Shown: piece by piece, positions 49,901 to 63,818 of the stretch
Numbering within the stretch: position 1 is the stretch's first letter
Layout: every line of letters begins with the position of its first letter
Origin: Tubiluchus corallicola
Lineage: Eukaryota; Animalia; Priapulida
Direction: 5' to 3'
DNA: 64,000 bases
Assembly: GCA_030141605.1 (NCBI GenBank)
Contig: JAQGDQ010000653.1
Location: 54,814-118,813 of the forward strand
The notes under the pieces: model-generated
What the model was told of the DNA's origin: nothing
The model's input: the letters and a program-made list of their open reading frames with translations, nothing else
Database searches by the model: none
Position numbers and translations under genes: made by a program

Positions 49901-52228
49901 AAGAAATATTTAAATTTCTAATAATTTTTTAAGCAAAATATTCTATGCGCATATTCTGTAATGCGATTTCAATATTTCTAATTGTACATTAAAATCCAAT
50001 AAATGTTGTCCGAGATTTGGCTCTTCCTTTAAGAACCCAACTTATTTAAAGCATGAAAAGCAAATCACGTGCCATTGGGGCAACATGTTCCAAATCCTAC
50101 TGCTTTTCAGTGTCGAGGCTTCACAGTGACTCTTCCTACATTAATACTATGTTAGTGCTAAATTTCATTTGCTTTTAATTGGCTTTTGAGACATTATACA
50201 AAGGCCAAGGTTTACAATTCTCGCACATAAGAAATTAGTTCGTGAAACGTATTAGTGTTAGGGTTAGGGTTGGGGCTTGGGTTAGGGTTAGGGTTATGGT
50301 ATTTAAATTGTGTGGGGAATTGTAGATGCCTTCAACATCAAATTGAAGGTCAAATATATCAACTGCTGTGCCAGTACTACCACTTATATGTTCAAACCAA
50401 TTCCTGTCTTTTCTTTTTCAAAGCATTCGTTTTCAGATCATCAAGTACAGAATACTCAAGTCATTATAAGTTAACCATTTAATAAAGAGAACCTTTTCAG
50501 GTAATACTCACCATAAGGTTCAGTTATCGCAGGATACATGCACGATTTGAGACAAGGATAATGAGTCGTCCTGGGATTTTTGTGAGCTTTGTTAAAAAAA
50601 TCACGGTCCTAGTAGTATAACAAAATCACGTTACAATTATGATACTACAAACAAGCTAGAATTCATTTTTTACAAGCACAATTCTATCTAAAACAGTACA
50701 TTTATATACAACAGTTTACAGTTACCTTTAATCCAAGACCTACTGCAATACTTCGGAACACTTTGCTGGTTAACTTTTCACACAAATCATGGAATTCTTG
50801 GAGAGCTGGTTTTAAGTCAGGAACGTTTTCGTTGGGATACTCCTGTAAAGTAAATGTAGTAAATTCTTTTTATATTACACTATCCTTCCTCCAACAGTTA
50901 AACATCCCGAATTCCGATACTTGATAAAAGATGAAAGATGGTCAGTTTTTTCTAATCGGAAAAAGAAAATAAATAAAGTCTACGTACGTCTATTTTTGAT
51001 AAGAAAAATATTGTTAATTTGAAACAAAAATAACATCAAAACGAGAGTTTACCATTTCTGGCTTTCTACGATCTTGCCACGCCTCTACCAAGTCTGGAGG
51101 ATTTGAACCTTCGAGTCTGTTATAGATAACAAAAAAATAAATTTTACTCGACATCCAATGCAAAAAATTACTCATGGGTAGTCATGAAAAGTAGTACGTT
51201 AGATGTTATAATGTTTGTAGTATTTAACTCATTTTGGCTTTCCTTTTTAATAATTTTTACAGCAGAAATAACAGTAATCATTGAAATAACTTAGCGAGAA
51301 GGGCGCTTATAATTATGCTTTTTGGCGCGCTAGTTAGCAAAGCTGTTTGATGGCCTAATAATTTTTTTACGTAGGGACTCAAAATATGTGTTTGCTACAA
51401 AATTCACAGTGATCTAGATGTTTTGCATTTATTATTCATTTATTATCACTTATTTTATTATATTATTTATTTTACTTCTTCATTAAGTTCCAAAGCTAAC
51501 TTACACTTGTAGACCAAGTCTCTGATACCCGCAAATATTCATTTGACTTGCAAACTGATTTTTAATGTCCACAGGTAGATCAAAGAATTTCTTTGATGAA
51601 GCCATTAATTTGTGAATCTGAAAATATTGAAAATTTCTCATAACAGACTACATTAGTATTCAGGAAAGTTCAGCCCGTACTAAAAACTGTAATTAGCGAA
51701 TTCGCAAGTTTTCATTTGTAATCATAATGGCGGTTTCATCTGCAATACAAACAATTTCGGCAGGAGAGTGTAGAAGTATTCAAATGTTGAAGCAATTATC
51801 TTTGCTATGCATAATCTTGAAATAATAAGCTGAGTTCCTATTTTGCGACAACAATCAGGGGTGTCGTTCATTTTCTTACATCGAGATTCTGCAAGCAGAG
51901 ATTCGGCGGCACTTAATGATTAACGTTTAAAGCGTTCTCTGACGGTCGCCCAACCATTTGCCAGTCACACTCAACCGCTTAGGCCCAGCCACAAACCTTG
52001 GCACTTACAGCTTCCTTTCTGTCTAGCTTGTAAATGCTGAACTTTATAAAATAGCTACGTATGCACCTTATCTTCAGGAATACCATGGTTAATCAGGTGC
52101 ACACATCCAACTGTGGTTATTCCTTCCATGAGTTGCTTTGCGATCCTCTCTTCATTTTCATCTGCACTTAAGCCTTCCTTCTCTCCTAAATCGACAACTA
52201 GTACATCCAGCGTGACACTATCAGGCAT
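46968..52228 (-). CDS. 2-oxoglutarate/Fe(II)-dependent dioxygenase, IPNS/DIOX_N family (~310 aa, 8 exons)
   Basis: Exons 52067-52228, 51505-51617, 51053-51116, 50726-50842, 50512-50608, 48852-48943, 48532-48642, 46968-47144. All introns are GT-AG with compatible phases (933 nt total). Motifs VVDL, LINHGI, FFDLP, HSDWGTIT (HxD), GGLE, DMIQRWT, HRV (distal His), RQS (2OG-binding RxS). Confidence 0.93.
50212..50326. repeat. Short intronic element: degenerate (TTAGGG)n flanked by inverted repeats
   Basis: TTAGGG-like units at 50258-50296 lie between TACAATTCTCGCACA and TGTGGGGAATTGTA. Confidence 0.55.
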
Positions 52229-53382
52229 TTTCAAAGTAAAACTTATTCTGGATTCCAAAAGTTACAGTAAGTTAATTTTACTACTTTGGCAAGTTCACTG
52301 TTACACGCTAGCAAGTTTCCTGGCGAATATGCAGCGGAGAGTACGCCTGCCGTGAGACTAGCTTTCCTTTTAATAGCAGCAGCAGCTCAAAATTTATGCG
52401 TCCCAATTTATTCAAGGACGCATGCATGCATACAGACTTCGAAGCATGAAACGCCAATAAGTAAGCTTTGGATGTACTAAGCACACACAAACATAGGGAC
52501 AAAGGTACTAATAACTTCTGGACTTCCATTTATATGTTTACAAGCTTGTTGTCAGAGTCAATGCTACGCGATGCTGGCGCTGTTGTTGTTGCTATGCTGT
52601 TGCTGCTGCTATCACCGATTACCCACCGTTGATGCAACCACCAGGCACCAACGCTCATACTGCAATAATTTTATGTCAATAGTTTCACAATAGTCTCGCC
52701 GTCTTATGTTTTGTACAAAATATTCTTATTCATTTTGAACCTCCAATGTGCAAAATATTCATATTATTTCTAAACCAAACGTATTCTGTTACAAGAGAAT
52801 TAGGCCTAAGCTTTTTCGCTAAACCACACCTCCACCACACCCCTCGATCCACGACGTAATCCACTTTCCGCCCTCATAAAAATAAATCCAGGTGCTTCGC
52901 AGTATGTCTTAATAACAATTTCTCAAATGCGCGATAGATGGAGCCACGATACTATGAGTTGCTACTATGCTCCGAATACGGACATCGAAATACATGTATT
53001 GTATTGGTAAATTGTTCTGTTTAATGAACTGGCGTCTTTGGACCTTTGGACTAACATCCCGATTGCCACCTGAATTTCTGGAAGTAGCAACTGTACTTAG
53101 TAAACACGCTTTGGACCTATTATCTCAACAAAATGGCTTATGGTCTGCTGCACAGTCTGCACTGTAATTCCTGCTAGTTTTGGATCATTTAATACAATGT
53201 GGGGCAAGCAAGGATCCAGCAAACAACAACAGAATCTGCTCGATGTACCCATGATTGTGTCGGTACTGAAAGGTCATTATAAACGATGGTGCGCTAATAA
53301 ACTAGGCCGCAAAGGTGGTGTGACTCACTAATGTAGTTTAATGCCACGTAAAATATTTTAGGTTTGATTTACAGGAATTACA

Positions 53383-53620
<238 letters not shown>

Positions 53621-54745
53621 CCTCTCCCCTATTTCTAGAAACACTTCAAGCAGTAAAGGAGCCAGAATTGCACAGACTTTGGTTAAAAAAAAAGTGGAAC
53701 TATTCTGGGAGTCATGGCATGACGCGTAGCTCCAAACCTTCTGTAAAAATTCAATTGCGTGAAATTTCACAATAGCATGTACTCAAATAGGCCTGCTACA
53801 TACATTGCACTCGTACACCTATAATTAATACATTACGTAAACTGCTCTTGTATGTCTATAAGCTGTAACAAGATTTGCACATACGGGGCGACATAATGCT
53901 AACAATGGTAATTTGTTACATCACATTGTCTTGCAAAGTGGCTTTGATTTTAATATATGCTTAACAATATTAGGCAGAACAGCTTGTTAAGCAGCTACTG
54001 CATTGGTTAATAAAAGGCAGGAATGCCCATTGATATTCTGTGCCAATATTTCCTAATTGCTAGCAAATTATTCGATGCAGCCTGCAACTAACAATCCAAT
54101 CAGGCGCTGCAACACTAACGAAACCAATTTAAGTCCAATTTCATTGTCGCCAATATCGAGATTTGGCTGTTCGATACAAGCTTCCTTCTTATAGTGTAGA
54201 TTGCATGTAAAACAAAAGCCAGTAAAATTGCGTCAAATATTGATCGGAAATAAAGAATCGATGAGCGTTTATTTCGGCAGGAAGTTTTTAGATATATCGT
54301 GCAAACAAGTGCTACAATTGGTGAAAAACAGTTTTCTTCGCAGCTTTCAATGTATTTCAACGAATGTGGGGCTAACATTCACAGCTGCTTTCAAATTACA
54401 TTTTATTTCAAGCATATTGTTTCAAATTATGTAAACTAAATTTAAAATTTTTAGTTCATGCAGCCTCTAAGTCGAAGTCATAAAAATGATGTATGCACAA
54501 CAGCACTATGCGAAACTGAAGTAGCATGCCGTATCAGGAAAAACTGTTAGGGCTGGTTGCATATTAGATTTTCATACGGCTAGACAAGAATCTTGTAAGA
54601 CGTTGGAGTTCTAGACATTTCTTATACCATTGCCAACATCAAAATTAATGATGTTAGTTCGATATTTATTGGATCTTTTGTCACATTGTAAACATCGCTC
54701 TATCACTACCAAAGAAAATACAGCAGAAATTACAAAATCTGCGCT

Positions 54746-54771
54746 TATATATATATATATATATATATATA
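54746..54771. repeat. (AT)n microsatellite
   Basis: Directly visible. Confidence 0.9.
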
Positions 54772-55129
54772 GTTTTTTGTAAACCATAAAGTTTTTTGTA
54801 AATAATACAGTCCACGTGAAATTATATTCTGTAAGAGAAATTCGTACAGAATAGTACAAACACATGTAAGTTTATCAAAGTATGCGAAGCGTGCTAAATA
54901 ACATAATATATAACGCACTTTTGCAATTATCACATTAGCTGTAGACAGACAGTGAACAGTTTACTTAACAATACATGCGAAAATAAATAATGAAAAATTT
55001 CGACTCGAGCTGAGAAAAAAGGTAAAAAGAGCCATAATTATAGTGTTAGGAACTTTCAAACATTTTTAACACTTGATGAATTTCCAGCAAACCGATTTCA
55101 AGTGGAGTAGCCTAGGTTCTACATCAAAA

Positions 55130-55620
55130 ATTAGCTCAGATATAGTACTGCGTGTTGGCGAATACAGTTCACTATACTAACACTTAGGAGGCATACGAAA
55201 AGCACATGGTTTTCGTCTTGAATGCCAAGTCCACACTCATGCGTCCTTCTCTCTCGTGGAATTCTCGACCATCTTCCTGTTTCTACTTTCAACCTGTGCG
55301 AAGACAATAATAAGCGAATGGTACTGATGCGGGCAAATTCAGCCACACCAGCGTCTCGTGATATATTTGGGGCTGCTTCAAATCTGGGTTACAACGCACA
55401 TACTGGGTATATCTAGCAGACTGCTTATTTCTTACATAAGCCCGAATATCACTGAAATCTTGTTTAATTAAATTTAAATTGTCAATTACTAATAAGTTAT
55501 TAATATACCTAGACATAGGTGTCCTAGCTTGACGACACAAATTGAGTGAAAAACCTAAATAAAGCATGTGAACATTTTTTATTCTAGCCCGACAGGATGG
55601 CATGTCTACTTCAGTAAGAC
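55130..55620 (-). mobile_element. Non-LTR retrotransposon ORF2 C-terminal (zinc-knuckle) fragment
   Basis: RLLLSSHRLKVETGRWSRIPRERR...C...QDENHVLFVC; frameshifted upstream. Confidence 0.78.
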
Positions 55621-55965
55621 GTATGCTTCAATAAGATTGTTATATACATTAATTACAACTTGTTTCAACCCGTAAAAGTTGAATTCCAATTTAAGTAAAA
55701 GTTAGTTGTACCTGCAAAAGCTTGAAAACCATTTTTTTATTTTTGCTCTCTTTCCTATTAAAACCAGTACTATAGGCGGGCAATGAATTTTCACTTACAA
55801 AAAAAACGATTGAGTTTTTTCAGCCTAGTTTGAGAAATTCTTTGTTAAAGTCTTTCAGATTATAGAAGTAATTAATGAGAAGCTCATAACTTGACATTAT
55901 TTTTGCCATTCCCTCGATACAAGATGTCTTCTCTTAGCACAGATATCGGTTAATATTAAAAACGA

Positions 55966-56150
55966 CTGTCTGTCTGTTCGCCCGTTCGTCTGTCCGCCTG
56001 TTTGCCTGCCTGCCTGACTGTCCCTGTCTGTCTGTCCGTCCGTCCGTTCATCTGTTCGTCCATCCGTCCGTCCGTCTGTCTGTCTGTTTGCTATCTGTCT
56101 GTCTGTCTGCCTGCCTGTCTGTCTGTTTGTTTCTCTCTCTCCTATTATTC
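55966..56150. repeat. Degenerate (TCTG/TCCG/CCTG)n simple repeat
   Basis: Directly visible. Confidence 0.85.
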
Positions 56151-56217
56151 TTTGTCTATCTACCTATTTCTTGTTTGCTCTTTTCCCATCTTTCTTTTAA
56201 CATATGTCTGCATTTTT

Positions 56218-56384
<167 letters not shown>

Positions 56385-56619
56385 TCTGTCTGCATTTTTT
56401 ATTTATTTGTTAACACGATTAACAATACAGTGGTGGTTCCCGGATGTGTGTTGAACGTGCGAAGTTTTTTTGAGATCATCATTTCACTTCAATAGAACAG
56501 CTATAAACTTCACAAAGAAGAAAGGGAACACGCGCGCACCACTCCGTTTGTGACTTAGTAATTATCGATCAAATTATGGGTATTTCGCAGTTAACTCGCC
56601 ACTTTGTTTTCGCCTAGAA

Positions 56620-56631
56620 TGCGCATGCGCA
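56620..56631. promoter_or_regulatory. NRF1-type palindrome TGCGCATGCGCA
   Basis: Perfect 12-bp palindrome about 480 bp upstream of a putative first coding exon. The motif also occurs in TE ends, so function is unproven. Confidence 0.35.
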
Positions 56632-57111
56632 GTAAATGTGATATTCGCAGATGCCGCGGGAATGGTTATGACATTAATCCCAATTGTTGCCTCAGTCCTG
56701 TATGTTAAGCACAGGTGTACCAACCAAGGCCTGTATTTTTATGAAGACATAATTAATCGTTCAAGTACAAATAAAAAACAATTGGTGCGAAATGGGCGTT
56801 TAAAGAATGTAGATATTTCTGACTTTGTGCGAATTTTCGCGTCTAGGAAAGAAGTTGAAAATTAGTAGAAAGTCCGAAATATTAACACCAGGATCTCATT
56901 TTGCACCTCTAGAGCACCATATGTATGTTAACCGTTTAATTCTTAGATTTTGAGGGCATAGATGCCTCCGTATTTTTCGAGCAGCTAAATTTTTGAAATC
57001 TATAAATTGTTATTCGTAAAGCCAAATTGATTTCAGTGCTATTTGTTTTACATAAAAGCAAAGCAGTTCGACCGCGCGGATTGCATTTTTTGTGTTTTAT
57101 CATGAGTAAAA

Positions 57112-57271
57112 ATGCGGAAAGGAAAAAACGCTTCAGCGTACGAAATGTTGCGGAATAAAGCCGTACAAGTGAATATCGGACTGGACAATCCGGAGAGCGA
57201 CGTACGCAATTCGCAAGATGCTGATTCCGGTTCCGGTTCCATGGACGCTATGCCAATGGATCCTAAAGAAG
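57112..57271 (+). CDS. Probable first coding exon of an unidentified gene
   Basis: AAAAATG start, CpG-richer coding-like sequence (MRKGKNASAYEML...MDPKE), and donor AAG|GTATGT. No downstream exon identified within the window. Confidence 0.55.
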
Positions 57272-60200
57272 GTATGTATATATTTTGGCCTTTGCAATCA
57301 GGTCTTTACATTAGGTTTATTATGCATCAAGACGCTGACGGAGGTAGTAATTGTGTAATTATATGGAGCCGTGATTATGGTCAATTCGGTTTTACGAATG
57401 GATATTAGACAGTTTCAAGAATTTTATCATTTCAAAAATTCCAAACATCGTTTGGCATGTTTATTACACCCAAGAACTTGGCAAAATATATCGAAAACAA
57501 ATTGACGATAAGCTAGTTTAAAAGAAAGGTAAAAAGGCCAAAAGATTCCTCAAAATTGCGATTATTTTTGCCACTTCATTTGGCAAAGAAATGTTTTTTC
57601 ACAAACTTACAGAATTTGAACGCTTACATATTCTAAAGAATGGAGCCATTTAGATACAATTTTTACAATGGCAACCATAAAAGCTATTTTTAAAGTGGCC
57701 GCCACGTTTTGCGCGCCTTTGCTCAAATTTGAAATGGTCGCATTAATTAGCGCTTGACCATTCCTGAAAACTATGACATATAGTCTGATAGACTGTGTGA
57801 TCTAATTGTTGCTAAACTTGTAATAAACCGACCCCTTGTTCAAACCCATGTTCCACCCCACTTTTACATTTTTCCTGTGTGTCAACTTTGATTTAGAAAA
57901 AAAAATGCAGTCACAGTTATTTCCACCATTAACTAATTATCAGGAAAATTATGATTTAATAATTAATTAAAGGCTAAAAACGTCTGGTTACTCTATATTA
58001 AATAAATTATTTGAATGGTAGTGTGGCTACCGCCTATGGTAGTCTGTCTAAGAAGCACGACTTTCAAGCAGATTTTCTGTACAAATGAACGTGGTATAAT
58101 TTTAAATGCTCTTAATTTCTAAATCAACATGTTATATGATAAATAATCAAAAGTTTTCCATATAAAAATTAGTGAAATTAAAATTGCCGTAACTGAAATC
58201 TAACTGCTAAAAATAAAGATTAAATTAGCTACACTTTGACATTTTAACTTCAATTTTCGTCTCGGTTCGTTACACAATCATCAGCTCTACGTATCATTAG
58301 CTTTGCACATTTCAATTAGGTTTTGCTTAACTCTAATGTGAAACTACGGCTGCATCATGCAGGTTTAGTTTTTCTTTTGCTCTTACTTCCAAAATGCCTT
58401 GCAAGACATTAATAAACGCTGACTACTGAGGCTGGCTTCCCAACCCTTTTATGCCAGAATCTGATCACTAAGTTACGAAGTCAGACACGTAAAACTGTCT
58501 GTAGTCACACAGTAAAAGTTTACAAATGGATTATCAGCCTGGGAATTTGATTGCGTAGCTTTGACAATGAAGCTTACTTTAAAACTAATAAAATATTAGT
58601 ATGAAAACCATTATAATCTGTTATTAAAATAGAAAGAAAATTATCAAGCAAATAAAAGTTGGTAATTATCAGTCGAGTTTGTGATGAATAACACAATAGT
58701 GCTTAATTAACACTATACACTTAACACTTAACCATAACACTTTCTAGGAAAAATGCCTCCTATATGATAAAACGTTTGTTTCATTTAGACTACAAATTTG
58801 CCGATATTAACAGTTACTGAATAGCATTAATTAAGGAATGGTTAAAAAAATTAAGTTTTTTGCAGCTGACAATTATTAATAGTCGTATGTAAGCAGTCAG
58901 AATTCTAACATTTTTGTTAACGTTTGGCTATAGACTAAGTGGGTATTTCATTTGACTAGTGAGCTCAAAAAGTTTTCAATGTTCATAAAATTCATTAATA
59001 TTTATAATAAATAATATTAATAATACTAAAATTATAATAAGTTCCAAAGAAAACTTCGCAAAAATGTAGATTAACATTAGATTTTATATAGACGTAATTA
59101 ACTGTAAAGACAAGCGACGTGCCTTTCCAGTTTAAAATTGCCATTATACCAGGTGGTGCAAAAAAACCGTGCTGAAGTTTTGATCACGTTGTTATAAGTA
59201 GAGAATAATGAAATGGCTTGAAAATTACTACACTTGATGTTAAATGCACTTGTGCACACCCCACATTTTAGGTCATTCCCTTTAATTTTTCTGAAGTCTT
59301 AAAACAACAAGTCAAAAATTGAACGAATGCCGGAAAAAATTGTCACTGTCGTTAAAATTTACAGCAGGTGTTTTATCTGTCCACTATTTTCACTGTAAAC
59401 TAGACGAAGGCGTCTCTTCCAACAACTGACACAGTTTCTTACTTCTTTAAAGGGTATTTCGTCTCAGCGCTCAACAATTTTTACCTTTAGTAGCTTAGTG
59501 CGACCATTATGCACTTTCAATTTTCTCGTTGTACGCAATTCCATATACCGTAGTTCACAGGATTGTGTTCTATCTTTTGACAACAAATCTTTAACAGTTC
59601 TGTATTTTCTTGGTCAAGTCCGCAATCTAAACTCGTTGATTTCTTTATTGTTTTGTTGCCATGTACCGAGTGCATCGACGTGGCATTAGCTTACATTGTT
59701 CCGGCAATTAATTTTTTAACATGCAAAAACTTTTCAGTCATAACTTAGAAACTACTAAAACTATAAACTTGTAACTTTCACAGCTAAAAGCAAATGTACC
59801 GTAATATCAAGCTGAGAAATTTCAACTTTGCAAGGTACTTGCTTCTAATATTGTTGTACTCTAAACCGATAGAACTTGCAATAAACTTTCTGCATTGAAC
59901 CCGGAGAGTGTGTTTTTCAAGTGTTTCGCTTTATCTTCATCCTTGTCTGCTCCACGAAGAACAACAGAGATCTCTCTAGGATGCTTATAGAAATCACCAT
60001 GACGCTGAAATTTGATCTAGAGGGTCTGTAATCGTTCGATGTGTACTTGCTTCCAGGTTTCCACATATGGAAGGATTCTTGGAAGGTTTTAATCTTTAAT
60101 ACTAGTAAAGCAAATATTGTGGGTGTTATAAAAAAAGAATGATTACCTTTCCTTTATTAGTATTTTCGATAATGAATGCCAAAACTATTAAAATCTTGTG

Positions 60201-62799
60201 AATTAATCTTACCCTGTAACAACTTAAATGTGTCATAAATTTAATAAGAAAATTCTTCCTACAGATTTTTCTTGCATAACTGTGTTATTGTAAAAATGAA
60301 TGTTGTTGAGTCTGATCTAATGTAATCTGAACTTTTCAATGAGCTTCGCAATCGATAACTCCTCAAAGAACTCTTAACAAAACACCTTCAAGAATCCGTC
60401 TTTGCTTTAATCCTTGCTTGGAATTGTTCAATCAGTTATTCGTTTGAATGTGTTAGCACTGGGTAATTGCGCTCACAGTTGCGTGAACTCGTCAGCTCGC
60501 CAATGCAAACATGGGAATGCTTGCACAAAATGAACAGCGCTTGCGTACGACAGTGTAAGTATACATTTGCGTACGACAATAAAAAGCACGACAATAAAAA
60601 ATAGAAACGCCATTTTCAATTTAAAATCTTATAATGTTACAAAAACAGTTGTATTAAGAATTGCCAATTACCAGTAGTTCAAAACAAAAACAGTAACAAG
60701 CTCTGATCAGCACACTAAAAGCAGTAATGGCTTAAGACACCCATAGAGCTACACCACAACCACTGGTCTAAAACCTATATACACCGAAGTGATTCAAACG
60801 ATTTTCAACCAAAAAAAGTTAGACGAATTCAGTAATTTTGCTCCTCGAAGGAGATGAGAAAATCTAGTGACTGTAGAACTGCTGCCCTCATTCAATAAAA
60901 GCTGGAACAGATAACTATGAATCCAGCAAGTTATAACAATTCCTCAGTCGTGCATACGCATGTACAACTGAAAGGTATGATTGTCCCAAAACTCATTTTT
61001 TAGTTTGCCGGACTGCAAGATTACACAAGTACCAAACACACAAACTCATCTATATAACTAAGAATTAATAGTTAAGACAAGCATAATTAACATTCTGTCC
61101 TGATGATTCTTTTGAGAAAGATGATGCCAATGGGAATTCTCATGAAACTCCCATCACCTATTCTGCTAGAAGGTCACCCAAAGTCTACACTGGTGAATTA
61201 CGTGAGCAGGTCATACTTGTGAAACAATTCCTTAGCATAAGATAGTAAGAGGAAATAGTTACAAAGTGTATTGGACTGCAAACTTTAAGCAATATTATAC
61301 CTGCTTAATAAATGGATAAGTGTTTTTCGTCTGGTTCTATACTGTTACGTGTTATTTCTCATGTCAACGGACGATATATTGCTCGAACGTGTCAGAGACG
61401 CTTTTCACGAATTTAGTATTTCACAGTGATAACAAGTAAGTTCCAGTTCTACCATAACGTTCAATAATAGTAAGATGCTGTGTAGCACAACGGTTTACAA
61501 TGCGCCAAACTGCACAACAAAATAAGAAAGAATTGGAACCACTAACGTTGAAGATTTCTTACTTTTTAATTCACACATTTTCCACAGTTTGCATGATGTG
61601 TATCTATGTAATCTTAGCCCAAGTAATTGATATTTGATGGAAATCATCATCGCGTGCAGGAGAATTAAACACACTGCAAATTTAATCTATCAGATACACG
61701 ATATACGAAGATTATAATTTTAAATTCAAACAAAAAGTACAATTCAGATTTCTCGCAGCATCCAGCATTGCGTGTCTGAATGCTGATTTTGCGCGTGCGA
61801 CGTGTGACGTTTTCTAGAAAAACAGCAAAAACGAGACAAAATCTGGAAGGCCTGCGAAAGAAATGAAACAGAAAATAATCAAGAAACCCTGAAATATGCT
61901 GCGTGCATGTTGCTGATTTGAGTTCAGAGTGAACCTTTACGGCTTGGCATGTAATACACAGAAGCCCAAACGTTTACGTACATACTGCAGTCTGTATACC
62001 CTTAAATAAAGCTTTTGATACACCAGATTGTCCAGTGTCTACCGTTCACAGGGTAGTTAAGTTAACAACTATTCGTCTAGCGTCTAATCTCTGTTTTCTT
62101 AGAAAAACAAAATGTACGATAACAAATTTATTTTTAAATGCTTTTTACGTTATTTATTCGTGTAGTAATTGGCAGGCCCAGTCACCATTGGCCACGTGAG
62201 GAACAGGTGGACGCCAAACGCCCAAAAAACAGGAAAAACTTCCAGCGTCTGGCTTTAAGTTTCAGCAGTCAAAATCTTTGGTTTCATCACCCATTGACAA
62301 TATATACGTGATTTCTCACTTCCAGTTCCAGACACTGGATACTAGACGCTTTGGTGTATCATATGCTTTAAGTGGTTGTTGTTTGGCACAAATTGGTTTT
62401 TCACTATTTTTAAATTACATTTAGATAGATCAGTGAGGTGGAAGAAAACAAAAAGAATTGATTTCTGTGACGCCGTGTAATAATTAAGTCAGGACGTTAG
62501 GAAATCAGAGTACTATGTTCAGGGTTCTCGAGCGTTTTCGTCACTTCTCGAAATTTACAGGATAATCATTTATTTGTGTAGGCTACGCGAATCCATGTCA
62601 CTGGTGAAACACTTGTGCAAATTGTTTAATCAGAACCAAAATGGAACTAAGAACTAATATTTAGATTTTGAATCTAATCAGTAAAACGACAATAGCAAAA
62701 TTAATTTGATACCTAATTCCCTCAAAAGTAACGTTGGCCGGCTACGCTTCTGTCTCTCGTCAGGCTTTTCGATCTAGTAACCACGCATTCCAGTCTCTA

Positions 62800-63340
62800 A
62801 CCATGCTACATCAGCTGTTCATCTTCAATAGACAGCCACGTCCTCGCCAGCAACTCTTTGCCAATGGTCACCAATCCAGCCTCCGAAGCTGCTCCAGCAA
62901 TCCAGCGGTTAAACTCGTACCTGGCTGCCTCAGACTCCACGTAATAAAGCCAGATTTCATCCTTTTGCAGAGTGACAAACAGAACCTTCAGTTCAGACGA
63001 ACAGACAGACCATTAGTCCAGGTAGAACTTCAATCATGTGGTGCTCGACTGGCCTTCCACTACTACCCAGGAAGAATATGAGTCCCTGCTTTGCAGGTAG
63101 AAATATGGTTACTAAGCACTTGTTTCTAAGAATGTCAAACCAGTGCCGTCACAGCAAACAACGAATAAACAAAACCAGACAAAACCATTGTCTTTGTCAT
63201 AAATCATCTCACTGCATACGAGTGCCATTAAAGACAGGTTCACACCAAACTTGGTGTTCAGCCATATAAAATAACCTCAGGATGTGGACTAACCAGCAAA
63301 ACTCCACTACCCTGTAACTTTGACAGTCAGAACATATCTA
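62800..63340 (+). mobile_element. Possible heavily decayed LINE RT fragment
   Basis: GC-richer segment with broken translations (AIQRLNSYL, GVVLD, TWCS) in the order expected for an RT C-terminal half. Weak evidence. Confidence 0.3.
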
Positions 63341-63737
63341 ATGTAAAACACAAACTCTGTAGTAAGATCCCAAAACAGGTTGAAGCCAATTGGTATTCGA
63401 ATTTTCAGGTAACCTAATTACAGGTAAGCAGAGAAATGAGCGTCCAGAGACATCTAGTGTCAAAATCTCACAAAACACACAATATTCTATAAGTTTAAAT
63501 AAACAGTGCAATAAATCAATAAGGTACTTAGATAATTAATTATGCACACATAACATCATACGACAGATATGTCAAAATAGGTGTTGCGACAATGATGGCT
63601 GGTATAACCGATCATCACAATTTCCAAAACTGTTGCTCACAGTTAATAATTTTATTTAAATTTATACAATATCGTGAGGAGTCAAAAGGAGTCACATGAC
63701 TCGTGTTTATTGTTCAAATCCCATCTTTAAAATACAC

Positions 63738-63818
<81 letters not shown>

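Noticed and set aside
46968-52228. Recent horizontal transfer or contamination as the source of the IPNS-like gene
   Set aside because: It has seven canonical introns and host-like composition, and the family is known in other animals.
59147-59200. Tc1/mariner-like left end (TA-CCAGGTGGTGCAAAAAAA)
   Set aside because: No matching right TIR or transposase was found in the window.
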